Shown here piece after piece: positions 37,089 through 45,559 of a DNA stretch of 48,578 bases. This DNA comes from Alphaproteobacteria bacterium (lineage in GTDB: Bacteria > Pseudomonadota > Alphaproteobacteria > SHVP01), in the NCBI GenBank assembly GCA_029936875.1, contig JAPYRS010000002.1, forward strand, positions 1 through 48,578, read 5' to 3'. Within the stretch, counting starts at the first letter, position 1; every line of letters begins with the position of its first letter. The translations under genes and the position numbers were made by a program. The notes beneath the pieces are model-generated. The model made no database searches. It saw only the letters and a list, made by a program, of their open reading frames with translations, and was not told where the DNA came from.

Positions 37089-37478
37089 TTAGTAGGTCTG
37101 TATCTTTTTTCGCACCGAAAGACGATGCATCAATTTTCGCTGCGCAGCATCGGGAAAGTCTGAAAGTAAAATCACGTTTTTTTCGATCAGCACATTGACC
37201 AGATCTTCGAGGACCTGCAGCAGCTCCGCGTCACTGGTCGCCAAATAGGCCCGTAATGCGGGTTCGCCGCCGCCTTCGGTGATGAAGGCGATGAGTTCCG
37301 GATCTTCCTTGTAGATGGCTTCGGTTGCGTCGCCTTCCGGTTCGGTGACGACCCGGTTGATGTTGCCGTCAATGTCACGGGATACATATCGCACAGTAGG
37401 CTCCGGCTTCGCTTTCTCTGAATGCGAAACGCCTCCCCAAAACACGGGCGCCCAATCGACAAAGCTGAAGTGGGACAA
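37089..37478 (-). CDS. Hypothetical protein (129 aa)
   Basis: Coding-like ORF. Family not recognised with confidence. Confidence 0.55.
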   Translation of the reverse strand: MSHFSFVDWAPVFWGGVSHSEKAKPEPTVRYVSRDIDGNINRVVTEPEGDATEAIYKEDPELIAFITEGGGEPALRAYLATSDAELLQVLEDLVNVLIEKNVILLSDFPDAAQRKLMHRLSVRKKIQTY

Positions 37479-37598
37479 GTCTCGCCGAATTTGATTAACA
37501 AAGGAACCGCAGGTCGGCGGATTTGAGCGCGAAGCCGGAAGGCCAGGTGGATTCAGTCGGCGAGCGCAGCGTCAACAGCGGCGATTAATTCTGTCTTG

Positions 37599-37919
37599 TC
37601 AAAAAGGCTTTGACAAAATTCCGGTGACGAGGCTCGACATGCCGTCGGCCCGCGCCCGTTCATCGGCATGGCCGGTCATAAGCAGGAACCGCACACGGGG
37701 AAAGGCCTGTTCGACTTTGAGAGCGAGCGATATTCCGTCGAGCACCGGCATCCGAATATCGGCCAGCACCAAATCGTAGGCGGTAATTTCAAGCGCCCGC
37801 AGCGCTTCCGCCCCATTCGCAACGGATGTCGTCGCGTGGCCGGCATCGTTCAGCAATCGCGAGCACAATTTGGCGATTGCCGGTTCGTCATCTGCAATCA
37901 GAATATTTGGCACAATCAA
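37599..37919 (-). CDS. Single-domain response regulator (CheY-like receiver), C-terminus apparently frameshifted
   Basis: ILIADDEP...DLVLADIRMPVLDG...SKPF receiver motifs. The likely start is the GTG at 37913 (GGGAA 6 nt upstream). The reading frame ends right after KPF at an A5 run (see finding). Confidence 0.8.
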   Translation of the reverse strand: MIVPNILIADDEPAIAKLCSRLLNDAGHATTSVANGAEALRALEITAYDLVLADIRMPVLDGISLALKVEQAFPRVRFLLMTGHADERARADGMSSLVTGILSKPF

Positions 37920-37929
37920 TTCCCGGCGA

Positions 37930-38466
37930 TCAGGCCGTTTCCATTACGCCAATAAAGGGGAGCTCGCGAAAATAATGGGCGTAGTCGAGTCCGTACCCGA
38001 CGACAAATTGGTCGGGGCAGTCGAAGCCAACAAAATCGGCCTCGATTGCGACTTTTCGTTTGTTCTTCTTGTCGAGCAGAACACAGGCCGAAACCGATTC
38101 CGCGCCGCGGTCGATCAACATGGTTTTGGCAAACGATAAGGTGCGACCAGATTCAAGTATGTCATCAACCAGGATCACCGGCCGGCCGGCAATGCGATCA
38201 GAAATGTCATGGACAATATCGACGCGGCCGAAACTCTCGGTCGCCTCGCCGTAACTCGAAAGCGAGAGAAAATCGATCTGCGGCGAGAGCCCGGCTGAAT
38301 GAAGGGCGCGAATGAGATCGGCCGAAAATACGAAGCTACCCTTGAGAATGGCAATCAGCAGGACATTCTGGTTGGAGGCCGCCGCGATTTCCTTGCCGAG
38401 TTCACCGACGCGGACAGCAATCCGCGCCTCCTCAAAAAGCGGTCGAACTGTACCTTCAGGCTTCAC
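37930..38466 (-). CDS. hpt: Hypoxanthine phosphoribosyltransferase
   Basis: PRPP-binding VILVDDILESGRTL, 178 aa. Confidence 0.9.
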   Translation of the reverse strand: MKPEGTVRPLFEEARIAVRVGELGKEIAAASNQNVLLIAILKGSFVFSADLIRALHSAGLSPQIDFLSLSSYGEATESFGRVDIVHDISDRIAGRPVILVDDILESGRTLSFAKTMLIDRGAESVSACVLLDKKNKRKVAIEADFVGFDCPDQFVVGYGLDYAHYFRELPFIGVMETA

Positions 38467-38505
38467 ACAAATACTCCTGCAGAATGGGAAGCGACGGGGC
38501 CGCCG

Positions 38506-39306
38506 TTATCCTTCGAAGACGAAGACGCGAAGTTGATTTCCATTGTCGGGCGGATCTTCGACCGTTGTCGAAAATGTCGCAGTCTCACCCGGCTCGAGCA
38601 TCGGCACCGGTGCCGGGATCGACCAGGAATAGACAACCCGTTCACGGACATCGAGTAGCAGGCCGCGGAGTTCAGTAACCGGCGTGGCCGCGTCGGAGTG
38701 ATTGATGATTTCACCGGTGACATCCAGCGCAATGCCGTCTTCAGTGCGGCGCTTCGCACCGCGAATATTGATGACTTCAAGGCGGATTTCTCTTGCCGGC
38801 ACGAGCCCGACCATTTCGTAAATTTGTGCAGCCGGCGCCCATATTTCCGTGATTTGGGTTCGTCCGAAAAAACCACCGGCGAGAACAATGAGGACCACGG
38901 CGACAAGAGTTCCCCAGGCAATAACGATTTTCTTGCCGCTTTTTCGCGGGGCGGCGGCTTTGCGACGTATATCGCGGCGGCGCGCGGCACGGACTTCGAG
39001 CTCGGCATCAAAATCAGGGATTTCGTCTGGAACGTCGGAATCGAGGTCGGATTCGGGCGAGGCGAGGGGATCAGGCTTTTTCGTTGCCGCAGGGGCCGGC
39101 GCGACGGTGGCTGCAGGCGCGACGGTGGCTGCAGGCGCGACAGGGGCTACAGGCGCGACAACGGGTTCGGGCGCATGGATATCGTCCGGTGGACGTTCGG
39201 TCCAGGTATGTTTGCACTTGGCACACCGAAGGGCGCGACCGTTCGGCATGAGTACTTTTGGATCGAGATCAAAGTGCGTATCGCACTGAGGACAACTAAC
39301 AATCAT
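38506..39306 (-). CDS. MJ0042-type zinc-ribbon protein with C-terminal DUF3426-like domain
   Basis: MIVSCPQCDTHFDLD...RCAKCKHTW zinc ribbon, Pro/Ala repeat linker, one TM helix. Divergent from ftsE, as is usual in Alphaproteobacteria. Confidence 0.75.
   Translation of the reverse strand: MIVSCPQCDTHFDLDPKVLMPNGRALRCAKCKHTWTERPPDDIHAPEPVVAPVAPVAPAATVAPAATVAPAPAATKKPDPLASPESDLDSDVPDEIPDFDAELEVRAARRRDIRRKAAAPRKSGKKIVIAWGTLVAVVLIVLAGGFFGRTQITEIWAPAAQIYEMVGLVPAREIRLEVINIRGAKRRTEDGIALDVTGEIINHSDAATPVTELRGLLLDVRERVVYSWSIPAPVPMLEPGETATFSTTVEDPPDNGNQLRVFVFEG
39098..39169. repeat. 18-bp in-frame tandem repeat (about 4 units) inside the zinc-ribbon gene
   Basis: GGCGCGACGGTGGCTGCA x2 perfect, then two diverged units. 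Encodes the (A)PAATV repeats. Confidence 0.75.
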
Positions 39307-39514
39307 GCCAATATTATTGATTTGAAAGCTGAATCCTTATAGGGGTTTGATGGTATCGACGCAAGCCGGAGCGCCCGTTCTTGCGCTGCAGGATTGAAGG
39401 CGGGGCATTACCGGATGGCCTCGATTTGAGTTGGGGAAGGACCTGATCAGCGGCCTTGGTGACGGGGCCCGGTCCAATAGACGAGCGGCAAAAGTCGCGG
39501 AAAGCCAGTACCGC

Positions 39515-40270
39515 ATGGTGCGATTCGAGAATGTTGGCATGCGCTACGGCGTCGGGCCCGAAGTCCTAAGCGATATCGACTTCAGCCTGAAGCCGGGCAG
39601 CTTCCACTTTCTGACCGGGCCAAGCGGCGCCGGCAAAACATCGCTATTGCGGCTGATGTATCTCGCGCACCGGCCGTCGCGAGGTCGAATCGGCATGTTT
39701 GGCCGCAATATTACCAAATTGAAGCGCCGCGCCCTGCCCGCACTGCGGCGGCGCATCGGCGTTGTATTTCAGGACTTCCGGTTGCTGGACCATCTGACGG
39801 CGCTGGAAAATGTCGCACTACCGCTCCGCATTGCCGGTGCGCGAAAGGACGAGATTGAAAAACATGTCTCTGAACTTCTCGACTGGGTCGGCCTGGAAAA
39901 GCAGATTCATGCACGGCCGCCGACGCTTTCCGACGGTGAAAAACAGCGAGTGGCCATTGCCCGCGCGGTGATCGGGCGCCCCAGCCTGCTGCTCGCCGAC
40001 GAGCCGACCGGCAATATCGATCCCGATCAGGGGCTCCGCATTCTTCGTCTGTTTGACGAGCTCAACAAGATTGGCACCACCGTCCTGATCGCGACACACG
40101 ACCGCGGATTGGTGAGCCGGTTCGGGCGACCTGAGCTTCATTTGGAAGAAGGCGCGCTCACTTTCCGACCGGGGCTTGTCGCCGATGTGCCAAATGAGAC
40201 GGCAAAAGGTGCGCCCACAACTCCAGAACCCGCTGCAACACCAAAAGCTTCCACTGCAAAGACGGCCTGA
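39515..40270 (+). CDS. ftsE: Cell division ATP-binding protein FtsE
   Basis: MVRFENVGMRY..., Walker A GPSGAGKTS, LSDGEKQR, LLLADEPTGNID. Track ORF trimmed to the ATG at 39515. Confidence 0.9.
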   Translation: MVRFENVGMRYGVGPEVLSDIDFSLKPGSFHFLTGPSGAGKTSLLRLMYLAHRPSRGRIGMFGRNITKLKRRALPALRRRIGVVFQDFRLLDHLTALENVALPLRIAGARKDEIEKHVSELLDWVGLEKQIHARPPTLSDGEKQRVAIARAVIGRPSLLLADEPTGNIDPDQGLRILRLFDELNKIGTTVLIATHDRGLVSRFGRPELHLEEGALTFRPGLVADVPNETAKGAPTTPEPAATPKASTAKTA

Positions 40271-40276
40271 ACAAAT

Positions 40277-41158
40277 ATGGCGCAGAAATACGATCTCTTT
40301 TTTCGCCAGGCCGCGTCGGGGCGGTTTGTGCCGCTGATCATTGGCGCGATGGTTTATCTCGCCGCTCTCGCCCTCGCCGGGTCGATGGCGATAGGTCAAG
40401 TGATTGAAACCTGGAGCGAAGATCTCCGCGGCACCCTGACAGTGCAGATACCGGCGGGAGACCCGGCGGCGGGCGGTGCCAGCGCACAAATCAATTCGGC
40501 GCTCAGTATTCTGCTGGAAACGCCCGGTGTCGATTGGGCCGAACCGGTGCCAGTCGATGACATCAATTCTTTGTTGCGACCGTGGTTCGGGGAAGCGGGC
40601 GTGCCGGATGATTTACCGCTACCGGCGTTGATCGAGGTGCAGTTGCTGCCCGGTGCCGAACTTGATGCGGCAAAACTTGGGCAACATCTCGATCAAGCCG
40701 TGCCGGACGCGATTCTTTTTGATAATGGCGCGTGGCTGCAGCACCTCGTGCGGTTCGCGCGATCGGTGCAGTGGGTCGCCGGCATTGTCGTGGCCCTGGT
40801 CGGCGGCACCGCAATTGCAATCATCGTCTTTGCCACACGGGCCGGACTTTCGGTTCACCGCCGAACGATTGAATTGCTGCATACAATTGGCGCCAAGGAC
40901 GGCTATATCGCCCGGCAGTTTCAATATCATTCGCTGCGGCTCGGATTCGCCGGTGGTATTCTCGGCCTCGCGATTGCCACCGTGACATTAATTGTACTCG
41001 CGATTCTCGCGGAGCAAGCCGGTGCCGGCATGTTGCCAAAAATGAGCCTGACTTGGGAACACCTGATCGTCCTTGGAATCCTGCCGGTGGCGAGCGCTTT
41101 GATCGCCACGCTGACCGCGCGCGCCATCGTCATGCGGGCGCTACGGGAGATGCCGTAA
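40277..41158 (+). CDS. ftsX: FtsX-like cell division permease
   Basis: Immediately follows ftsE. 4-TM FtsX topology with a large first periplasmic loop. Confidence 0.8.
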   Translation: MAQKYDLFFRQAASGRFVPLIIGAMVYLAALALAGSMAIGQVIETWSEDLRGTLTVQIPAGDPAAGGASAQINSALSILLETPGVDWAEPVPVDDINSLLRPWFGEAGVPDDLPLPALIEVQLLPGAELDAAKLGQHLDQAVPDAILFDNGAWLQHLVRFARSVQWVAGIVVALVGGTAIAIIVFATRAGLSVHRRTIELLHTIGAKDGYIARQFQYHSLRLGFAGGILGLAIATVTLIVLAILAEQAGAGMLPKMSLTWEHLIVLGILPVASALIATLTARAIVMRALREMP

Positions 41159-41160
41159 AC

Positions 41161-41706
41161 ATGTTGGTTCTTCTGGACCGGGACGGCGTTCTCAACCTTG
41201 ATCGCCCGGAATCGGTGCGCAGTCCCGATCAATATGAGCCCATCCCCGGCGCTGCTGAAGCGGTCGCACGGCTAAACCAGACCGGACACAAGGTTGCGCT
41301 CGTCACCAATCAGGCGGTCGTCGGGCGCGGCGACATCGACAAGGCGATGCTGGAATCGATCCACGTGAAAATGGCCGAAGTTTTGGCAACGGCGGGCGCC
41401 CATCTTGACGATGTTCATGTCTGCACAGATCCACCGGGTTCGGCGACCGGCCGCCGCAAGCCCGGACCCGGCATGTTGCGCGAAGCAATGGCGGATCTTG
41501 ATTTTGCGGCAGACGATACGATCATGATCGGTGATGCACTTCGCGATTTGCAGGCGGCGTCGGCAGCAAACGTAAAAAGCATTCTGATCCGGACCGGCAA
41601 GGGCAAAGAGACCGAGGCGAACGGGTATGGCGCCGCCGCGCCACCGGTTGCGATCGTTGATGAACTAAAAGATGCGGTTGATTTTGTATTGAGCGAAGGC
41701 TCATGA
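41161..41706 (+). CDS. HAD-IIIA family hydrolase (GmhB-like phosphatase)
   Basis: MLVLLDRDGVLN (DxDG motif I), VTNQ, RRKPGPGM, GDALRD. Confidence 0.8.
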   Translation: MLVLLDRDGVLNLDRPESVRSPDQYEPIPGAAEAVARLNQTGHKVALVTNQAVVGRGDIDKAMLESIHVKMAEVLATAGAHLDDVHVCTDPPGSATGRRKPGPGMLREAMADLDFAADDTIMIGDALRDLQAASAANVKSILIRTGKGKETEANGYGAAAPPVAIVDELKDAVDFVLSEGS

Positions 41707-41748
41707 ATAAGAGGAGCGAAGGCTCATCAAAAAAATGAGCGAAAGCGC

Positions 41749-42384
41749 ATGACCCGCCCACGTCGCGCGCGCTGGCCGGCCCGGCTGGTTTTGCTTTTGA
41801 TCCTGCTGTGGATCGGCTCGGTATTGTGGTTTGGCGCCATTCTGCCGCGTCAGGTCAGCGACCAGATCCGCGGCACCGATGCGATTGTGGTTCTCACCGG
41901 CGGCGGCGAGAGGATCGGCACCGGGCTTGATCTTCTCGGCAATGGGTTCGCTAAGAAACTTTTTATTTCGGGCGCAAACCAGCAGACGGCAGCGCCGACG
42001 ATTCGCAATCTTCGCGCGCGATCCGACCTGTTTGATTGCTGCGTGGTGGTCGGCTTTGAAGCGACCAACACCGCCGGCAATGCGATTGAAACCGCCGTCT
42101 GGATGCAGGGCGAAGGGTATTTGAGCCTGCGTGTTGTCACCGCCGCCTATCACATGCCGCGCAGTATCCTGGAATTTGAGCGCGCCATGCCGGAAATGGA
42201 AATCATCCCGCACCCGGTGTTTCTCGTGGCACTACCGCTTGATCAATGGTGGCGAAGCCCACGCGCGATGACACTGATCGCCGGCGAATCATTTAAATAC
42301 TGGATGGCCTGGGTCCGCGCCGGAATTATTGGCGTTCCGGCGGAACGGCGGCCGGTTAAGGCCAACACTACGCCGGAAAAATAA
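41749..42384 (+). CDS. YdcF/DUF218 family protein
   Basis: N-terminal TM anchor, then DAIVVLTGG...RI, FISG, VTAAYHMPR motifs. Confidence 0.75.
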   Translation: MTRPRRARWPARLVLLLILLWIGSVLWFGAILPRQVSDQIRGTDAIVVLTGGGERIGTGLDLLGNGFAKKLFISGANQQTAAPTIRNLRARSDLFDCCVVVGFEATNTAGNAIETAVWMQGEGYLSLRVVTAAYHMPRSILEFERAMPEMEIIPHPVFLVALPLDQWWRSPRAMTLIAGESFKYWMAWVRAGIIGVPAERRPVKANTTPEK

Positions 42385-42424
42385 GCAGCCATTATTTCAT
42401 GAATATCCCTTCTGGATTGGCGCT

Positions 42425-43144
42425 GTGATTTTTGTCCGCTCGCTTTTGTTCAACATCTGGTTTTGGAGTTGGACCACCGTTCTCAATCTGATTTACCTGC
42501 CGGCGCTGGCCCTTCCCTGGTGGGCAACGGTTAGCGGCCAGCGTAATTGGGCGCGCGGCATAATCTGGATGATGCCGCTGATCGCCGGAATCAGAATCGA
42601 GATTCGTGGCCGCGAGAACCTGCCCAAAGGTGCGGTGATGATCGCGTCGAAACACCAATCCGCCTGGGACACATTAATCTGGCATGTGATAACCGACGAT
42701 CCGGCGCTGGTGATGAAGAAGGAGCTGCTATCGATCCCGGTCTATGGCTGGTATTGCCGCAAATCGCGGATGATTCCGGTTGACCGCGAAGGCGGCCGGA
42801 AGGCCTTAAAGAAGATGGTGGCCGCCGCCAACGCCGCCAAGGACCTCGCCCGCCCGATCATCATTTTTCCGCAAGGGACGCGCGTCGCGCCGGGCGCAGA
42901 CGCACCCTACCTGCCGGGCGTCGCGGCACTTTACCGGCAGCTTGATCTGCCGTGCGTGCCGGTCACGCTCAACTCCGGATACTTCTGGGGGCGGAACGCA
43001 TTTACACGCCGGCCCGGCACCATCGTTCTTGAATATCTCGAACCGATCCCGGCGGGATTGAAACGAAAAGAGTTTATGGAAATTCTCGAGACCCGGACCG
43101 AAGCGGCGAGCGCCAAACTTTTGGAAGAAGCGCAGAATTCCTGA
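42425..43144 (+). CDS. plsC: 1-acyl-sn-glycerol-3-phosphate acyltransferase
   Basis: HQSAWD (HX4D) and FPQGTR motifs. GTG at 42425 gives the typical N-terminus (M)IFVRSLLFNIWFW and avoids overlap with ydcF. Confidence 0.85.
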   Translation: MIFVRSLLFNIWFWSWTTVLNLIYLPALALPWWATVSGQRNWARGIIWMMPLIAGIRIEIRGRENLPKGAVMIASKHQSAWDTLIWHVITDDPALVMKKELLSIPVYGWYCRKSRMIPVDREGGRKALKKMVAAANAAKDLARPIIIFPQGTRVAPGADAPYLPGVAALYRQLDLPCVPVTLNSGYFWGRNAFTRRPGTIVLEYLEPIPAGLKRKEFMEILETRTEAASAKLLEEAQNS

Positions 43145-43206
43145 AGCAGAGCATTCCTGAGGTGGGCTTCTAACCGGCGCCACAATTCCCTGACACCTTT
43201 GGTTGC

Positions 43207-43836
43207 ATGAGAGGAAGGCGGATAATCGGCACGAAGCGCCAATTCATACAGGCGTATGCCACACATTGTTCCGTGCTTGCCCTCGCGATTTTGATACTCA
43301 CCGTCACACTCACCCCTGCCCCCGCCCAATCGGAAGAATTTCCGGTGTGGTGGTCGCCGACGCTTGGCCTCGAAAGCCTCGACGATATCGACGCGATTTT
43401 GGATGAACCGTACGCGCCGGAAGACGTCTGGGAGGTGATCCGGATTCGAATTATCGATAACAAAGTCGAGCAATCGGAAAGCGTCGTCACAAATTGCCGT
43501 TCGCATATTGAATTGGTGAAGGATGGGTTTGGAGTGATGGTGCCGAAGGGTGAATTTCAAAATCTTGGCAGCCGTTGCTTTGCGCTTGATGCGTTGGCAG
43601 GCGCAAAGCTCACCACGATCAGCCATTTTCAGAATTTTTCGCTCGGCCTGGATGTTTTATCGATTTTCCCACCGATGCCGCGGCCAAACAGCAAATGCAG
43701 TTATCTTGCCGATGTCTCAGATGCCAATCGGGACGGCATCGCATGGAACGACTATCGCGAGAATGATTTCGGTAGTTATTTTTGTCGTAACAGATATCCG
43801 ACAAGAAAATGGAATCGTGACTGTGGCGGCAGTTGA
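43207..43836 (+). CDS. Secreted hypothetical protein, N-terminal part (frame broken near 43779..43783)
   Basis: Signal/anchor CSVLALAILILTVTLTPAPAQS. The last 18 codons of this frame look non-native. Confidence 0.5.
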   Translation: MRGRRIIGTKRQFIQAYATHCSVLALAILILTVTLTPAPAQSEEFPVWWSPTLGLESLDDIDAILDEPYAPEDVWEVIRIRIIDNKVEQSESVVTNCRSHIELVKDGFGVMVPKGEFQNLGSRCFALDALAGAKLTTISHFQNFSLGLDVLSIFPPMPRPNSKCSYLADVSDANRDGIAWNDYRENDFGSYFCRNRYPTRKWNRDCGGS

Positions 43837-44077
43837 ATGGGATTTGCAGATTGAGATTCTCGGGCGGGCTGATTTTGACGGCGACGGGCGCGAAGACTTA
43901 CTCGTGCAAACCTTCGAGGATTACCGTCTCGACCTATATGGAAATTGGCCGCACCTGTTTCTCATGTTGCGGGCGGGGCCTGATGCCCCTATTCGTATCG
44001 TCTGGGAATACGGCGTGACGGAGTTGATGTATTCGGTCTGTAGAAAAACGGGGGTGTTATTTGAAAAGCCCGAATAA
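43763..44077 (+). CDS. Same secreted protein, C-terminal part in the adjacent frame
   Basis: ...VVTDIRQENGIVTVAAVEWDLQIEILGRADFDGDGREDLLVQTF... is coding-like (FG-GAP/VCBS-like DFDGDG motif). Removing one T from the T5 run joins the two frames. Confidence 0.45.
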   Translation: MISVVIFVVTDIRQENGIVTVAAVEWDLQIEILGRADFDGDGREDLLVQTFEDYRLDLYGNWPHLFLMLRAGPDAPIRIVWEYGVTELMYSVCRKTGVLFEKPE

Positions 44078-44155
44078 CGCGATGCGTTATGGATGATCAA
44101 ATGGATATTGAGTGGCGTGGATATTGATAAGCGGAGGCAACAATTTTTTCTTCCG

Positions 44156-44584
44156 TCACAGAAAATTTGAAATCGGCGCTTTGCAATTGGGATCTACAAA
44201 ATAGGGATTGGCTTTGGCGGTTTCGTTGAACCAGCCTTGAAAAAAGTTATTTCGAATCACGAGGCCGTTAAGAATTTCCCCTTTATTATTCGTTTCGGTC
44301 CGTCGGGATTCAGCGGCGACACGTTTCCAATTCCGAATTTTCAGGGCACGTCGGAATTCGGTGAATTTGTTGAAAAAATTTTGCGTCCCTATGTTGAAGG
44401 CAAGATCCAGCATGCCGCGCTGGACAAGTTCTGGGTAGGTGGAGAATTTAGGAAATTTGCCCTTGAGTTCCAACCATTTCACATTCTGATCATCGGTAAG
44501 CAATTGGCCGTAATCAAATGGATCCATTCGAAGGTCGGTGATGCCCTTATATTTTTTGGGTTCGTCGAGAATCGTTGTTCGCAC
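44156..44584 (-). CDS. GH24/pesticin-like muramidase, C-terminal part (frame broken near 44623..44626)
   Basis: This frame is open and coding-like back to 44635 (RDKDEAIRAEFETVRTTILDEP...). The track start is a GTG. Confidence 0.55.
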   Translation of the reverse strand: MRTTILDEPKKYKGITDLRMDPFDYGQLLTDDQNVKWLELKGKFPKFSTYPELVQRGMLDLAFNIGTQNFFNKFTEFRRALKIRNWKRVAAESRRTETNNKGEILNGLVIRNNFFQGWFNETAKANPYFVDPNCKAPISNFL

Positions 44585-45264
44585 GGTTTCAAACTCCGCA
44601 CGTATGGCTTCGTCTTTGTCACGGGGCGACCGTCTTCATTACCCCCCGTGCCAGCCTTGAAAAAGAAAACATCCCGGAGGGCGAGAGCTTCATTTTGGGA
44701 TCCGAGTTTGTATCCGACACCAACTGTCACGTTGCCGTTAGGGTCGAGACGCATATATGGGTACTCGCCCTCCCTTTCGATCAAGAGATCCGCGTGTTTT
44801 TCGAGGTTCGGGCTTCGGGTACCAAACGGCATGCGGCTCGCGCGCTCAATCGGGCGACTACGCAGATCAACCACCATGCATCCAGTTTCCGGCACGACAA
44901 TCACGTCGATGTTTTGGTCGGGGTGGCGTGCCCAGACCAGTTTCTTCTTCCGAATAAGGCCTTCCAGCATTTTTTCCGGGCGTAGGTTTTGCGCCTCCGG
45001 AGCATTTTGTGCAGCCTGCGCGCGTTGTTGCGGCGTTGCTTTTTTGCCGCCGGGACCGGGCTGCGGGCGGGACGGCGATGGACGCGCTGCGCTTGGCCGC
45101 GCGGCACTAGGCCGGGCCGCGTTGGAGCGGGCAGCGCCTACCCGCGCTGCCGCATTCAGTTTCGCGCGCAGTTTGTTTTTGTCGATCTCGATACGGGTCC
45201 CACCGTTTGTCGTTCGGAAAATCGAATTGGCGGGGACCCGCCAGCGAATTCTTGTTCGGCGCAT
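44479..45264 (-). CDS. GH24/pesticin-like muramidase, N-terminal part with Ala/Pro/Arg-rich linker
   Basis: Catalytic E-x8-D-x5-T pattern in EGEYPYMRLDPNGNVTVGVGYKL. ATG at 45264 with AAGGA 8 nt upstream (track start 45303 is possible). Confidence 0.55.
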   Translation of the reverse strand: MRRTRIRWRVPANSIFRTTNGGTRIEIDKNKLRAKLNAAARVGAARSNAARPSAARPSAARPSPSRPQPGPGGKKATPQQRAQAAQNAPEAQNLRPEKMLEGLIRKKKLVWARHPDQNIDVIVVPETGCMVVDLRSRPIERASRMPFGTRSPNLEKHADLLIEREGEYPYMRLDPNGNVTVGVGYKLGSQNEALALRDVFFFKAGTGGNEDGRPVTKTKPYVRSLKPCEQRFSTNPKNIRASPTFEWIHLITANCLPMIRM

Positions 45265-45305
45265 GGTGCTGATCCTTGAAATGAAATTATCCATAATGTA
45301 CATTT

Positions 45306-45559
45306 TGTGGACATAATAATCAAGGACAAATTTCCTAGTCCAGCGTCAGCCTCCCGGCATGGGACCGAACACCGGCGCACGGCGCGTCCAATCGCCGCCC
45401 GAAATACCTGTACATAACTCTGTGGATAACACTCGACTTATCCCCATACCGGACCGGGACGGGTATCGAAATATCTCGGGGCGGTGCGATAAAAGGCTTT
45501 AATTTCATATGGTTTCGGAGTCCATCGACTGTGGATAAAGTCAAATAGCCTGTGGAAAC
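45306..45559. promoter_or_regulatory. Cluster of DnaA boxes upstream of nrdJ
   Basis: Perfect TGTGGATAA at 45421..45429 and 45530..45538. TTATCCCCA (1 mismatch, opposite orientation) at 45438..45446. 2-mismatch boxes at 45306..45314 and 45551..45559. Confidence 0.6.

Noticed and set aside
39431-39514. Longer starts for ftsE (39431), yqaA (19354), the methyltransferases (17014, 30523), the HAD phosphatase (41053) and plsC (42329) as given in the ORF track.
   Set aside because: The extensions overlap upstream genes or have non-coding-like composition. Family-typical N-termini begin at the internal starts reported in the feature list.
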